Part shown: positions 31,481-42,297 of the stretch, piece after piece
How the letters are laid out: the number at the start of each line of letters is the position of its first letter
Position numbering within the stretch: the stretch's first letter is position 1
NCBI GenBank assembly: GCA_965248355.1
Contig: OZ252098.1
Location: forward strand, 672,001-736,000
Source of the DNA: Candidatus Latescibacterota bacterium
Lineage (GTDB): Bacteria; Latescibacterota; UBA2968; UBA8231
Direction: 5' to 3'
DNA: 64,000 nucleotides
Translations under genes and position numbers: made by a program
Notes under the pieces: generated by a model
What the model was told of the DNA's origin: nothing
Database searches by the model: none
The model's input: the letters and a program-made list of their open reading frames with translations, nothing else

Positions 31481-32352
31481 CTCGATCCCTTCTCATCCTC
31501 CCGGCCCTGCTCGGGACGGTCCTGCCCGGGGCCGCCCAGATCGAGGACCTGGCGGCTCTCAAGTCGTCGCGGGAGCGGATCGACCGGGTCTCCGAATCCC
31601 TGCAGCAGATCCGCAGCCGCTTCCTGGCGCGCAAGGACTCCCTCTCGTACCTGGTGGACAGCCTGCGCGGCCTGGACCCGGCGTCCACGGGCCTGTGGCG
31701 CCTGCAGCTCCAGTCCCGGCAACTGCTGGACCGCCTCCTGCACGTCGAGGCCCGGCTCGACAGCGCCGCGGCGGACATGGACTCCCTCGACCAGGAGCTG
31801 CGCACCGCCTACGACTGGGAGATCAGCCGGTTGATCCGGCTGCTGGAGGACGAGGGCTGGGACGACGGCCTCTACAGGCAGCTGGAGGTGTTCCAGGACG
31901 AGCGCAAGGAGCTGGGCAACGCCGCCGGTCCGGGGCACTACCGCCTCGATGACGAGCACGAGCTGGCCCTCAACGAGCAGGACGGCCCGGGGGAGATCCG
32001 GCAGAAGGTCGAGCTCGCCCAGTACATGGCGACCAGGGCCCGGAAGGACGGGCACGACATCTCCCATCGCCTCGAGTGCATCGAGCAGCAGCTGCTGCTG
32101 TTGCAGCAGTTGGGCCGCGTCGACGGCGGCGAAGGGCCCCGGCGCCGCCGCCCGGGCCCGGCGCGGCCGTTGGTCGTCGACTCCCCGTCGCCGGACCCGG
32201 TCCCGCCGCCGCCGGCGGAGGCCCCCCTGCTGCTGGAGGCCCGGCGGCTGAAGGCGAGGCAGCAGGAGCTGCGCGAGGTGATGGCCTTCCTGCAGGAGCG
32301 CATCGACGCCTTTGGCGAGCGCCTGGCGCAGATCCTCGGTGGCGCCGAATAG
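31477..32352 (+). CDS. Secreted coiled-coil hypothetical protein
   Basis: ATGA overlap with the regulator, signal peptide (LLILPALLGTVLPGAA) and heptad-rich helices. Confidence 0.6.
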
Positions 32353-32394
32353 GCGCCCCGCGCCTCCCCGTTCCGGGGCTCCGGAGCCGTCCCC

Positions 32395-33150
32395 TTGACC
32401 GACGATTTCACCCGCGCCTTCGAGGAGCTCTGGGTCGAGTTCCGGGCGCGCTGGTGCGATTCCCGCGACCTGGGGGGCGCGCGGGCCTTCCACCACGACG
32501 AGGTGAAGATCCCCATGCTGCACCGGGTGGTGCAGGCGAGCGCGGCCGCCGGCGAGACCGACCGGCTCATCGACGCGGCCCTGCGCCACTTCCGGGAGAA
32601 GGCCTTCGACTGCGCCTTCACCCTGACGCCGCTGGACCGTCCCGCCGATCTTGGTGACCGCCTGCTGCGGCGGGGGTTCGCCCTCGAGGTCCGGGCCACG
32701 GCCATGCTCTGCGACGGTCCCGCCGAGCCGCTGCCGGAGACGGACGTGGAAGTCAGCGTGCCCGAGGCCGGCGAGCACGGCCTCTGGGCCGAGGTCATGT
32801 GCCGGAGCTTCGGCCATCCGCCCGAGGCCGGGGAACTCGGCCGGACCGTCCTCGACATCCCCCAGGTGCGGCTCTACCTGGCCCGGCGCGGCGGCGAGCC
32901 GGCCGGCACCGCCCTGCTCTACTCGGCCTGCGGCATGGGCTACGTGGACCTGGTGGCCACCCTGCCCGGACACCGCCGCCAGGGGGTCGCCTCGGCCCTG
33001 GTGGCGCGCGCCGCGGAGGACTCCCGGGCCCTGGGCCACCGCTGGACCTCGCTGGAGACCGAGTGCGACAGCGGCGCCGAGAGGGTTTACCGCCGCCGCG
33101 GCTTCCGCCGCATGCACCTCCGTCCGCGCTACGTCCGGGCGGCCGGCTGA
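32395..33150 (+). CDS. GNAT family N-acetyltransferase
   Basis: VATLPGHRRQGVASAL acetyl-CoA motif and VYRRRGF. Confidence 0.85.
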   Translation: MTDDFTRAFEELWVEFRARWCDSRDLGGARAFHHDEVKIPMLHRVVQASAAAGETDRLIDAALRHFREKAFDCAFTLTPLDRPADLGDRLLRRGFALEVRATAMLCDGPAEPLPETDVEVSVPEAGEHGLWAEVMCRSFGHPPEAGELGRTVLDIPQVRLYLARRGGEPAGTALLYSACGMGYVDLVATLPGHRRQGVASALVARAAEDSRALGHRWTSLETECDSGAERVYRRRGFRRMHLRPRYVRAAG

Positions 33151-33178
33151 GCCCCGCGCCGGCCGCCCTGCGCCGCTC

Positions 33179-34012
33179 GTGAACTCCCTGGCCCGACTGC
33201 GGCGCCGACTCGACCCGGGCGGCCCCGTCATCGACGCCCACGTCCACCCCCTCGACAACTTCGGCGGCTTCCCGCTGTCGGGCGCCGCCGAGGACGCCCA
33301 GCGGCTGGGCGCCGCCGCCCGGCGGTCCGGGATCACGCGGGCCGTCCTGTTCTCCCTGCACTCGAGCGTCCCGAGGGAGCCGGCCGCCGCCCAGTGCCGC
33401 CAGGCCAACGACTACGCCCTGGCCATGCGCGACCTCTCGCAGGGCTTCTTCCTGCCCTTCTGCTACGTCACGCCGGCGCACCCCGAGGCGTCGGTGGCCG
33501 AGATCGACCGCTGCGTCGCCGGGGAGGGGATGGTGGGCGTCAAGCTGTGGGTGGCCCGGCGCGCCTGCGAGCCCGGCCTCGACCCGATCCTGGCGCGCTC
33601 GGTGGAGCTCGACGTGCCGGTGCTGCAGCACGCCTGGCGCAAGACCACGGGCAATCTGGCGGGCGAGTCCTTCCCGGGGGACGTGGCCCACCTGGCCCGC
33701 CGCCACCCGCAGGCGCGGATCATCATGGCCCATCTCAACGGCTGCAACCCCCGCGGCATCGAGGACGTGCGGGACTGCGGCAACGTCTTCGTGGACACCT
33801 CGGGAGGCGATCCGGAGAGCGGCATGGTGGAGCTGGCGGTGCGGCGCCTGGGCCCCGGGCGCGTGGTCTACGGCTCGGACGCGCCCATCCGCCACTTCGG
33901 CGTCACCCTGGCCAAGGTCCTGGGGGCCGACCTGGAGGCCGCCGACAAGCGCCGCATCCTGTGGGACAACCTGCTCGGGCTGCTGCCGGCGCGGGCCGGC
34001 CTGGGGGATTGA
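33179..34012 (+). CDS. Amidohydrolase_2 family protein
   Basis: IDAHVH, GVKL, VLQH, IIMAH and YGSD. Confidence 0.85.
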   Translation: MNSLARLRRRLDPGGPVIDAHVHPLDNFGGFPLSGAAEDAQRLGAAARRSGITRAVLFSLHSSVPREPAAAQCRQANDYALAMRDLSQGFFLPFCYVTPAHPEASVAEIDRCVAGEGMVGVKLWVARRACEPGLDPILARSVELDVPVLQHAWRKTTGNLAGESFPGDVAHLARRHPQARIIMAHLNGCNPRGIEDVRDCGNVFVDTSGGDPESGMVELAVRRLGPGRVVYGSDAPIRHFGVTLAKVLGADLEAADKRRILWDNLLGLLPARAGLGD

Positions 34013-34779
34013 GGGGTCCTTTGGAGACCGTCGACGTCTGCGCCTGGACCGGCCACTGGGGCGCCCTGCGGCTTCCCGGCGGGCCGGGCCGGGTGGTGGC
34101 CTCCCTGGAGGAGGCGGGGGTGGACCGCGTGCTCCTGTCGCCCCTGGACGCCGCCTTCGCCCACAACCCGCACCTGGCCAACGCCGATGTCTACGAGGCG
34201 GCGGCGCGCTTCGCCCCGGTGCGGCCCGTCCCCGTCCTCGACCCCGGTCTGGCCACCTGGCGCGAGGAGCTGGATCTGGCCGTCGAGCGGGGGGCGCCCG
34301 CCGTGCGCTGGCTGCCGGCCTACGGCGGCTACGACCTGAAGGACGGCGACGAGTGCGCCGCCGCCGTGGGCGAGGCCGGGCTGGTCCTGTTCGTGCAGAC
34401 GCGGCTGGAGGATCCTCGACGGCAGCATCCCGGGGCCGTGGTCCACGACGTGGATCCAGCCGGGATAGCGGATCTGGCGCGGCGGAATCCCGGGGTGCCG
34501 GTGGTCATCGGCGGCGCCACCTGGAAGGCGATCCTCGATCTGGGGCCCCGGATCCTCGCCCTGGACCGGCTCCATGCCGACGTCTCCCAGGCCGACGGCA
34601 TGGACAGCCTGCTGCGCATGGTGGAGGCGGGCCTGACGCCGCGGCTGCTCTTCGGCACCCACGCCCCGTTCTTCGTGCCCCTGGCCGGTCTGGCCCGGGT
34701 CGTCCTCGACCTGGAGGCGGCCCCGGCCGAGGCGATCCTCGGGGGCAACGCCCGGCGGCTGCTGCCTCAGCCGCCCTGA
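34009..34779 (+). CDS. Amidohydrolase-fold protein lacking canonical metal ligands
   Basis: VDVCAWTG in place of DxHxH, LLFGTHAP and ILGGNARRL. TTG start at 34009 or 34021. Confidence 0.72.
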   Translation: MRGPLETVDVCAWTGHWGALRLPGGPGRVVASLEEAGVDRVLLSPLDAAFAHNPHLANADVYEAAARFAPVRPVPVLDPGLATWREELDLAVERGAPAVRWLPAYGGYDLKDGDECAAAVGEAGLVLFVQTRLEDPRRQHPGAVVHDVDPAGIADLARRNPGVPVVIGGATWKAILDLGPRILALDRLHADVSQADGMDSLLRMVEAGLTPRLLFGTHAPFFVPLAGLARVVLDLEAAPAEAILGGNARRLLPQPP

Positions 34780-35879
34780 GCCGCGGCCCGCTCCCGTCTC
34801 ACCCGGGCCGGCACGCCGTCCTCGCGGATCTCGGAGGACAGGATGCCCAGGCCGCGGTCGGCCAGGGGCAGGTCGACCTTGACGCCGCCCCGGCGGTGGG
34901 ACTCGCGCAGGGCCACGGCCACCTCCAGCGCCGCCCGGCCGTCGTCGCCGGAGCAGCGCGGGTCGCCGCCGGACTCGACGCAGCGGATCAGGTCGTCGAC
35001 GATGGTCAGGCCCATGCCCTGCATGCGCGCCGGCCAGGGGAAGGGCACCCGCGCCGCCAGTCCGCGGTTGCGGGGGCCCCCCGGCACCGGCTGCCACATC
35101 TCCCAGTCCAGGGCGTTGGACCCCGAGCGCACCCGGCCCCCGGTGCCGATCACGTCCACCTCCCAGGAGGCGAGTCCGCCCTCGGTCGATCGCAGGTAGG
35201 CGCGGACGCCGTTGTCGAAGGCGAGGTAGCCGTTGCCCTGCAGGTCGGTCTCGCCGGCGGCGGCTTCGTCGGACTCCATCTCGCCGAAGACCCAGTTCAC
35301 CTGGCCGCCGGCGAGGTAGCGGATGATGTCGATGGCGTGGGAGCCGTTGTGGGACAGGCCGCACTGGGCGTAGGCCGTGATCTGCAGCAGCCGCCCCAGG
35401 TCCCCGGTCTCGATGCGCCGCCGGGTCTCGGCGAAGAACGGGTTCCAGCGCCGGGCGCAGTTGACGGCCAGGGCGGCGCCGTGGCGGCGGCAGACGGCGA
35501 CCATGTCGTCGGCCTCGGACAGGGTCAGGGCCAGGGGCTTCTCCGCCCAGATGGCCCGCACCCCGGCGGCGGCGCAGTCGAGGACGATGCGGTGGCGGAC
35601 CCGGGCGGTGGTGCACACGCTCACCAGGTCGGGCCGTTCCTCGGCGAGCATTTCCCGGTAGTCGGCGTAGAGGCGGCCGGCCTCCAGGCCCCAGCGCTCG
35701 CCGAAGATGGCCCGCTGCCCGTCGTGGGGGTCGGCGCCGGCCGCCAGCTCGACCTGGGGGTGGGCGTGGTAGCTGGGGCCGTGGCAGTAGGGCAGGAAGA
35801 TCGAGCCGCCCCACTCCATCTCGTCGTCGAAGGTGCTGCCCATGCGGCCGAGGCCGATCACGGCGGCGCGGTACGGCAT
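34767..35879 (-). CDS. Gfo/Idh/MocA family oxidoreductase
   Basis: VIGLGRMG, IWAEKPLA and GSHAID. Confidence 0.88.
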   Translation of the reverse strand: MPYRAAVIGLGRMGSTFDDEMEWGGSIFLPYCHGPSYHAHPQVELAAGADPHDGQRAIFGERWGLEAGRLYADYREMLAEERPDLVSVCTTARVRHRIVLDCAAAGVRAIWAEKPLALTLSEADDMVAVCRRHGAALAVNCARRWNPFFAETRRRIETGDLGRLLQITAYAQCGLSHNGSHAIDIIRYLAGGQVNWVFGEMESDEAAAGETDLQGNGYLAFDNGVRAYLRSTEGGLASWEVDVIGTGGRVRSGSNALDWEMWQPVPGGPRNRGLAARVPFPWPARMQGMGLTIVDDLIRCVESGGDPRCSGDDGRAALEVAVALRESHRRGGVKVDLPLADRGLGILSSEIREDGVPARVRRERAAAQGG

Positions 35880-36042
35880 CGGGATTCTCCTCGGAATCGG
35901 GTCCGGTTGAGGGTCACCGGAAGGAAAGCGGCGCCCCTTGCCCCTGTCCACCGGCGGCGGGTACCCTTGCGTCTTCCGCCCTGGCCCCGCTGCCGCGGAC
36001 GGGCGTGTTCCCGCGGCGGCCACGACGACGGCTGAGGACCCC

Positions 36043-36840
36043 GTGCGCATCTACGGCATCTCCGACCTGCACGTCGACTTCGCCGCCAACCTCGAGCAGG
36101 TGGCCTCCCTGCCCGTGGGGCCCCACCGAGGCGACACCCTGCTGGTGGCCGGCGACGTCTCCCACCGCATGGACCGCACCGAGCAGGCCCTCGCCCTGCT
36201 GGCGGCGCGCTTCGAGCGGGTCTTCCTCGTGCCGGGCAACCACGACCTGTGGGTGGAGGACGGGAAGCCCCTCCCGGAGGGGGCGGGGGAGAGCTCCCTG
36301 GACCGCCTGGAAGCCCTGAAGCGCCTGGCCCGCCGGATCGGCGTCGAGATGGGACCGGGCGGCGCCGGTCCGGAGTGGTGGATTCTGCCCCTCCATGGTT
36401 GGTATGAGCCGGGCTTCGGCGCCGACGGCGCCCCGGAGGAGGAGATGTCGCGGCACTGGTCGGACCCCAACCGCTGCCGCTGGCCGCCGGAGCAGTCGAG
36501 CGACGTGGACCGCTGCGCCTATTTCGAGGAGTTGAACGGGCCGGCCCTGGGACCGCCGCCGGGCCGCCGCGTGCTGAGCTTCTCCCACTTCGTACCGCGG
36601 CCGGAGCTGATCCCGCCGCTGGAGGGGCTGCGGTTCAAGCAGTTGCCGCGCGTGGCCGGCACCCTGCGGCTGGACCGCCAGTTGCGCGCCGCGGGGTCGC
36701 GGCTGCACCTCTTCGGCCACACCCACATCCCCTGGGACGCCGTCATCGACGGGGTGCGCTACGTGCAGCGCCCCCTGGCCTATCCCCACGAGCGCGCCCG
36801 CCGGGGCCGGCCGGGGATCGAGCTGCTGCGGCTGGTCTGA
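36043..36840 (+). CDS. Calcineurin-like metallophosphoesterase
   Basis: SDLH, AGD, PGNHD, FSHF and FGHTH. Confidence 0.88.
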   Translation: MRIYGISDLHVDFAANLEQVASLPVGPHRGDTLLVAGDVSHRMDRTEQALALLAARFERVFLVPGNHDLWVEDGKPLPEGAGESSLDRLEALKRLARRIGVEMGPGGAGPEWWILPLHGWYEPGFGADGAPEEEMSRHWSDPNRCRWPPEQSSDVDRCAYFEELNGPALGPPPGRRVLSFSHFVPRPELIPPLEGLRFKQLPRVAGTLRLDRQLRAAGSRLHLFGHTHIPWDAVIDGVRYVQRPLAYPHERARRGRPGIELLRLV

Positions 36841-36851
36841 GGGGGAGGGGG

Positions 36852-38096
36852 CTACTCGTAGCGCAGGGCGTCGATGGGGTTCAGCAGGGCCGCCTGGCGG
36901 GCCGGGTAGTAGCCGAAGCCGATGCCCACGGCGGCGGCCACTCCGAAGGCGAGGGCGATGGTCCACGGCTGGACGATCGTCTTCCACTCGGCGTAGAGGG
37001 TGATGACCTCGGTCATGAAGTAGCCGAGCAGCACGCCGATGACGCCGCCGATGAGGCTCACCATCACCGCCTCCACCAGGAACTGGGCGAGCACGTCGCG
37101 CCGGCGGGCGCCCAAGGCCCGGCGGATGCCGATCTCCCGGGTGCGCTCGAGCACGGAGGCGAGCATGATGTTCATGATGCCGATGCCGCCCACCATGAGG
37201 GAGATGCCGGCGATGCAGCCCATGACGATGTTGAAGATCGCCTGGGTGCGCTGGCTCTGGCGCATGAGTTCCTCGGGGATGGCGATCTTGAAGTCGTCCA
37301 CCCCGCGGTGGCGCCGCTGCAGGATGGCGCGCACGATGTTGGCCGCCTCCTGCAGGCGGCCGGCCTCCGCCACCTTCACCGTGATCTGGGTCAGCTCGGG
37401 GTCGGTGGGCTCCCACTTGAACCGCTTGAGGATCGTGTTCAGCGGGATGTAGATGTCCTCGTCGGTGTTCCGCACCTCGAGGACGCCGCCGATCTTGCCG
37501 CCGGCCGCGCCCTTGTCCTGGAGGACGCCGACCACGGTGAACCACTGGTCCTGGACCTTGATCGGCTGGCCCAGGGCCTCCTCGAAGTAGAACAGGGCGC
37601 GCTTGGCGTCGCTGCCGAGGACGCAGACGCGCCGCGCCTGCAGCAGGTCCTCCTCCGACAGGAAGACGCCCTCCTTCAGGGTGGCGTCGAGGACCTGGAT
37701 GTACTCGGGGGTGGTGCCCACGAGCATGGTCTGGAAGGAGTTGCTGCGGTGGCGGGCCTTGACCTTCAGCTCCCGCTGGGGGGTCACGGTCCTGGCCAGG
37801 GGGCAGATCTCGCGCACCGCCCGGGCGTCGGCCCGGGTCAGCCCCTGCGACAGGTTGCTGCTGCCGGACTCTCCGCCGGTTCCCTCCTCCTCGGGGTTCC
37901 AGTGCTGCACGATGATGTTGTGGATCCCCATCTGGCTGATCTGGTGCAGGGCCTCCTGCTTGGCCCCCTCGCCGATGGAGAGCATGGCGATGACGGCGCC
38001 GACGCCGAAGATGATGCCGAGCATGGTGAGGACGGTGCGCAGCTTGTGGGACAGAAGTCCCGTCACGGACAGGTCGAAGGTCTCGCGCAGGTCCAC
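36852..38096 (-). CDS. MacB/FtsX-type ABC transporter permease
   Basis: LTMLGIIFGVGAVIAM, VGGIGIMNIMLASVLERTREIGIRRALGA and LNPIDALRYE. Confidence 0.93.
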   Translation of the reverse strand: MDLRETFDLSVTGLLSHKLRTVLTMLGIIFGVGAVIAMLSIGEGAKQEALHQISQMGIHNIIVQHWNPEEEGTGGESGSSNLSQGLTRADARAVREICPLARTVTPQRELKVKARHRSNSFQTMLVGTTPEYIQVLDATLKEGVFLSEEDLLQARRVCVLGSDAKRALFYFEEALGQPIKVQDQWFTVVGVLQDKGAAGGKIGGVLEVRNTDEDIYIPLNTILKRFKWEPTDPELTQITVKVAEAGRLQEAANIVRAILQRRHRGVDDFKIAIPEELMRQSQRTQAIFNIVMGCIAGISLMVGGIGIMNIMLASVLERTREIGIRRALGARRRDVLAQFLVEAVMVSLIGGVIGVLLGYFMTEVITLYAEWKTIVQPWTIALAFGVAAAVGIGFGYYPARQAALLNPIDALRYE

Positions 38097-38101
38097 GGCC
38101 G

Positions 38102-39466
38102 CTACTCCAGCGAGGCGGCGGCCGGCTCCGCCTCCTGCTCCTCCTCGACGCCGCCGAGCTTCTCCAGCACCGCCGTCGGGTCGCGCAGGGCGACCCGGTC
38201 GCTGCCGCCCAGCCCCTCCTCGACGATCACGTAGTTCTCGTTGCGCGATCCCAGGGCGACCTCCTGCTCCACCGGCTGGCCGGCCTGGATCCGGTAGACG
38301 AGGGTGCGGCCGCCCTTCTCGAAGACGGCGTCGATGGGGATGTAGAGGGGGATCCCGGCCACCTCGGTCTCTTCGGCCTCCTCGATCTCGGTGTCGTCCC
38401 GCGCGGGGCGCGGGGGGATGGTCTCGACGATGACCTCGCAGGCGGCGGTCATGCCCGGCTTCAGGCGGGCGTCCTCCTCGTCGATCTCCACGAGGATGTC
38501 GAAGACCTGCACGTTCTTGTCGCCCTCCTTCTCGTGACCGAGGGAGGCGATGTTGGAGATCTTCCCGTGGAAGACCGGCCCGGGCAGGGCGTCGAGGCGG
38601 ATCAGGACCTCGTTGCCCACCTCGAGCTTGTCCACGTCGACCTCGTTGACCCAGGTCTTGACCTGCATGCGCGACAGGTCGGGCAGGGTGATCAGGGTCT
38701 GCCCGCCCCAGGGCTCGTCGCCGACGCGGATCTTCTCGTTCCGGCCACCCTTCCAGACCCTCTGGTAGACCACGAGGCCGGGCTTCCCGGCGTGGATGGT
38801 GAGCGACTCCAGGTCCCTCTGCGCTCTCTCCAGGCCCCGCTCCTCGTCGGCCACGCGCAGCTCCTGCTTGGTGCGCTCGGCCTCGTCCACGATGCGCTGG
38901 GCCTCGATCTTCTTGCGCGCCTGCTCCAGGGCCAGCTCCGCCTGGCGGGTCTTGAGCTTGGCCTCCTCCCGGTCGATGAAGGACTCGAACTTCATCTTCT
39001 CCATCTGCAGCTCGGCCAGGCGGAGGGAGGCTTCCTTGTTCTCGATGTCGGCCTCCTGGCGGGCCATCTCCACCCCCTGGTTGGCCAGGGTCTTGCCCTG
39101 CTCGGCCTTCGCCGCCTGCAGCTCGTGTTCCTCCTCGGTGACCTTCTTCTCGAACTCGACGCGGTCGAACTCGATGACCAGGTCTCCCACCTCCACGATC
39201 TCGCCCTCGGGGAAGAGGTGGGTGATCTTGAGCTGGCCGCGCACCCTGGGGGAGGTGATCTGCTCGGACTTGACCGCCTCCAGCTCGCCGTCCTTCAGGT
39301 GCAGGGAGATGACGAACTCGCCCTGCTTGACGGGGAAGGAGGCGACGGCGGCGGCCTGCTCCTTCAGCAGCAGGTGGGAGGTGGCCACCGCCGCGGCCAC
39401 CAGGAGCAGGATGCCCCCGGCCAGCAGGAGGGTCCGGGTACCGGTGGAGCGGGTCTTCGCGGGCAT
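38102..39466 (-). CDS. Periplasmic adaptor (membrane fusion protein, MacA/HlyD-like)
   Basis: N-terminal anchor, lipoyl half-motifs, coiled coil, LPDLSRM, VNEVD and LKPGMTA. Confidence 0.88.
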   Translation of the reverse strand: MPAKTRSTGTRTLLLAGGILLLVAAAVATSHLLLKEQAAAVASFPVKQGEFVISLHLKDGELEAVKSEQITSPRVRGQLKITHLFPEGEIVEVGDLVIEFDRVEFEKKVTEEEHELQAAKAEQGKTLANQGVEMARQEADIENKEASLRLAELQMEKMKFESFIDREEAKLKTRQAELALEQARKKIEAQRIVDEAERTKQELRVADEERGLERAQRDLESLTIHAGKPGLVVYQRVWKGGRNEKIRVGDEPWGGQTLITLPDLSRMQVKTWVNEVDVDKLEVGNEVLIRLDALPGPVFHGKISNIASLGHEKEGDKNVQVFDILVEIDEEDARLKPGMTAACEVIVETIPPRPARDDTEIEEAEETEVAGIPLYIPIDAVFEKGGRTLVYRIQAGQPVEQEVALGSRNENYVIVEEGLGGSDRVALRDPTAVLEKLGGVEEEQEAEPAAASLE

Positions 39467-39476
39467 GACCTCTCTC

Positions 39477-40709
39477 CTACTTCAGGTCCGGATCGCGAAG
39501 GGCGACGGCGTCGCCCTCCTGCAGGCCCTCGTCGATGACGATCCTCAGGCCGTTGGCCTCGCCCACGGACACGTCCACGGCCTCGAAGCCGGCGGACCCG
39601 CGGCGCCAGGCGACGGTGCCCTCGCCCCGCAGGTGGACGGCGCCGAGGGGCAGGGTCAGGACATCGGGCCGGGTCTCGAGAATGACCTCCACCGACGCGG
39701 ACATGCCCGGCAGGAGCCGGTCGTCCTGCTCGGTGATGTCGACGATCATCTCGAAGACCTGCACGTTGGGGGCGCCCTCCTTCTCGGCGGCCATGGGGGC
39801 CACGTCGCGGACGACGCCGTGGAAGACGGGCCCCTGCAGGGCCTCGAGCCGGATCAGGGCCGGGAGCCCCGCCTCCACCGAGTGCACGTCCATCTCGCCC
39901 ACCTGGGACACGACCTGCATGGAGTCGAGCTCCGGCAGGGCCAGCAGGCTCATGCCGCCCCAGACCATGTCGCCTTCCTTCACCTTGCCCCGCCGGCCGG
40001 CCCCGCGCTTGCGGATCACCTCGTGGACGACGATGCCCGGACGGGAGGCGCGCACGCTGAGCCGCTCGTAGTCGGACAGGGCGCGTTCGTAGTCCTGCTG
40101 ACGGTGGGCGATGCGGATCTCCATGTGGGACCGCTCGACGCGCTCCACGATCTCCTGGGCCTCGAGGTTGGCGCGCGCCTGCTTCAGGGCGCGCTCGGCC
40201 TGGCCCACGCCGATGCGGGCCTCCTCGCGCTCGATGGACGAGCCGTACTCCGACTTCTGCAGGCTGATCCGGGACAGCTCGAGGGCCGCCTTCTTCTGCT
40301 CAACCTGCATGGTCAGCTCGGCGCGCTGCCGTTTCTGCACGGCCTCGAACTTGGTCAGGTCGGCCCGGGCCTGCTCGAGCCGGCCGGCCTCTTCCTTCAC
40401 GTCCTCGGCGTGCCGGGTGCGGTCGAACTGGAGGATCAGGTCCCCGGGCTCCACCTGCTCTCCCTCCGGCCACAAGTGCACGATCTTGAGGTCGCCGCGC
40501 ACCCGCGGGGAGACGACCTTCTCGTCCCGGGCGGCGCGCAGCTGGCCGGCCTCCACCTGGGTGCGGCGGAACTCGCCGCGGGTGACGGTGGCCGTGGGCA
40601 CGGCGTCGCCCGCCGGGCCGTCGAAGAAGGCGCTCACGGCGACGGCCGCCCCGGCCAGGCCGGCGGTCACGCACCCGGCGCCGATCCACCGTCTCCCGGC
40701 CGGACCCAC
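39477..40709 (-). CDS. Second periplasmic adaptor (membrane fusion protein)
   Basis: Paralog of the adjacent gene: SPRVRG, PEGE, VGEMD, LLPGMSA and GLQEGD. Confidence 0.86.
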   Translation of the reverse strand: MGPAGRRWIGAGCVTAGLAGAAVAVSAFFDGPAGDAVPTATVTRGEFRRTQVEAGQLRAARDEKVVSPRVRGDLKIVHLWPEGEQVEPGDLILQFDRTRHAEDVKEEAGRLEQARADLTKFEAVQKRQRAELTMQVEQKKAALELSRISLQKSEYGSSIEREEARIGVGQAERALKQARANLEAQEIVERVERSHMEIRIAHRQQDYERALSDYERLSVRASRPGIVVHEVIRKRGAGRRGKVKEGDMVWGGMSLLALPELDSMQVVSQVGEMDVHSVEAGLPALIRLEALQGPVFHGVVRDVAPMAAEKEGAPNVQVFEMIVDITEQDDRLLPGMSASVEVILETRPDVLTLPLGAVHLRGEGTVAWRRGSAGFEAVDVSVGEANGLRIVIDEGLQEGDAVALRDPDLK

Positions 40710-40712
40710 GCC

Positions 40713-41443
<731 letters not shown>

Positions 41444-41444
<1 letters not shown>

Positions 41445-42124
41445 CAGTCGTTCCCGTGGACCGGGCGCAGGAGGTCGGAGCGCACCCAGCCGGCGGTGGT
41501 GTCGGCGGGCACCCGCACCCTTGTCCAGCCGTCGCGCCCGTCCTCGGACCCCTCCTCGAGCAGCAGCACGGTGGCGGCCTCGAGCCGGGTGCTGTCGGCG
41601 GCGCCGGGGGTGCGGCGCAGACCCGCCGGCCAGGCGAGGTAGACCATGCGCCCGAGGAGGCCGTCCACGGTGCGGCGGAAGCTGTCGAGGGCGTCGCGGG
41701 CGTAGTCGTCGAAGGCGTTCACCGGTTCCGCTGCGAGGCTGTTCAGCCTCCAGGTGACCTCCAGGGTCTCGCCGGCCCGGCGGCGCAGGGCCGGGACGGC
41801 GTCCCCGGCGCCGTCCTCCAGGGAGCGCGGCCCATCGACGAGAAAGCGCGCCGTCACCAGGGCCTCGGTCTCGGGGCTGGCCGGGTTGGGCCGGGCCTGC
41901 CAGCCCTGGAGCCGGGGGTTCTCGAAGGCGGTGAGGGCGTAGGCCCGGGTGACCTCGTCGAAGGAGGCGGTGATCCCCCGGTACTCGCACTCGGCGGCGC
42001 GGACGGACTCCACGTCGAGAGCCGGGAGGCGCTCCACGGGCGTCGGCGGATCGGGGATGAGGGGGATGGCAGCGACGATGAAGAGGGCCGGAATCTGCGT
42101 GACCCGGCGCCGGGGATCGGCCAT
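41444..42124 (-). CDS. Exported hypothetical protein with a C-terminal SH3b-like domain
   Basis: Hydrophobic N-terminus. C-terminal LRRTPG...GWTRV...GWVRSDLL. Confidence 0.62.
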
Positions 42125-42297
42125 CAGCGCCTGGCCAGGCGACGTAAGTGGTTGAATAAGTTGAGGGTAACGGGAGAAGTGATCATGGTCAAGGGCGCGG
42201 CGGCCCGGCTGGGCACAATCATTATTATTGACACCGACGGCCATGAGGAAGTGCAGGCCCTGCTCATCACCCTGACGGTAGATCTCGGAGCGCTGCG

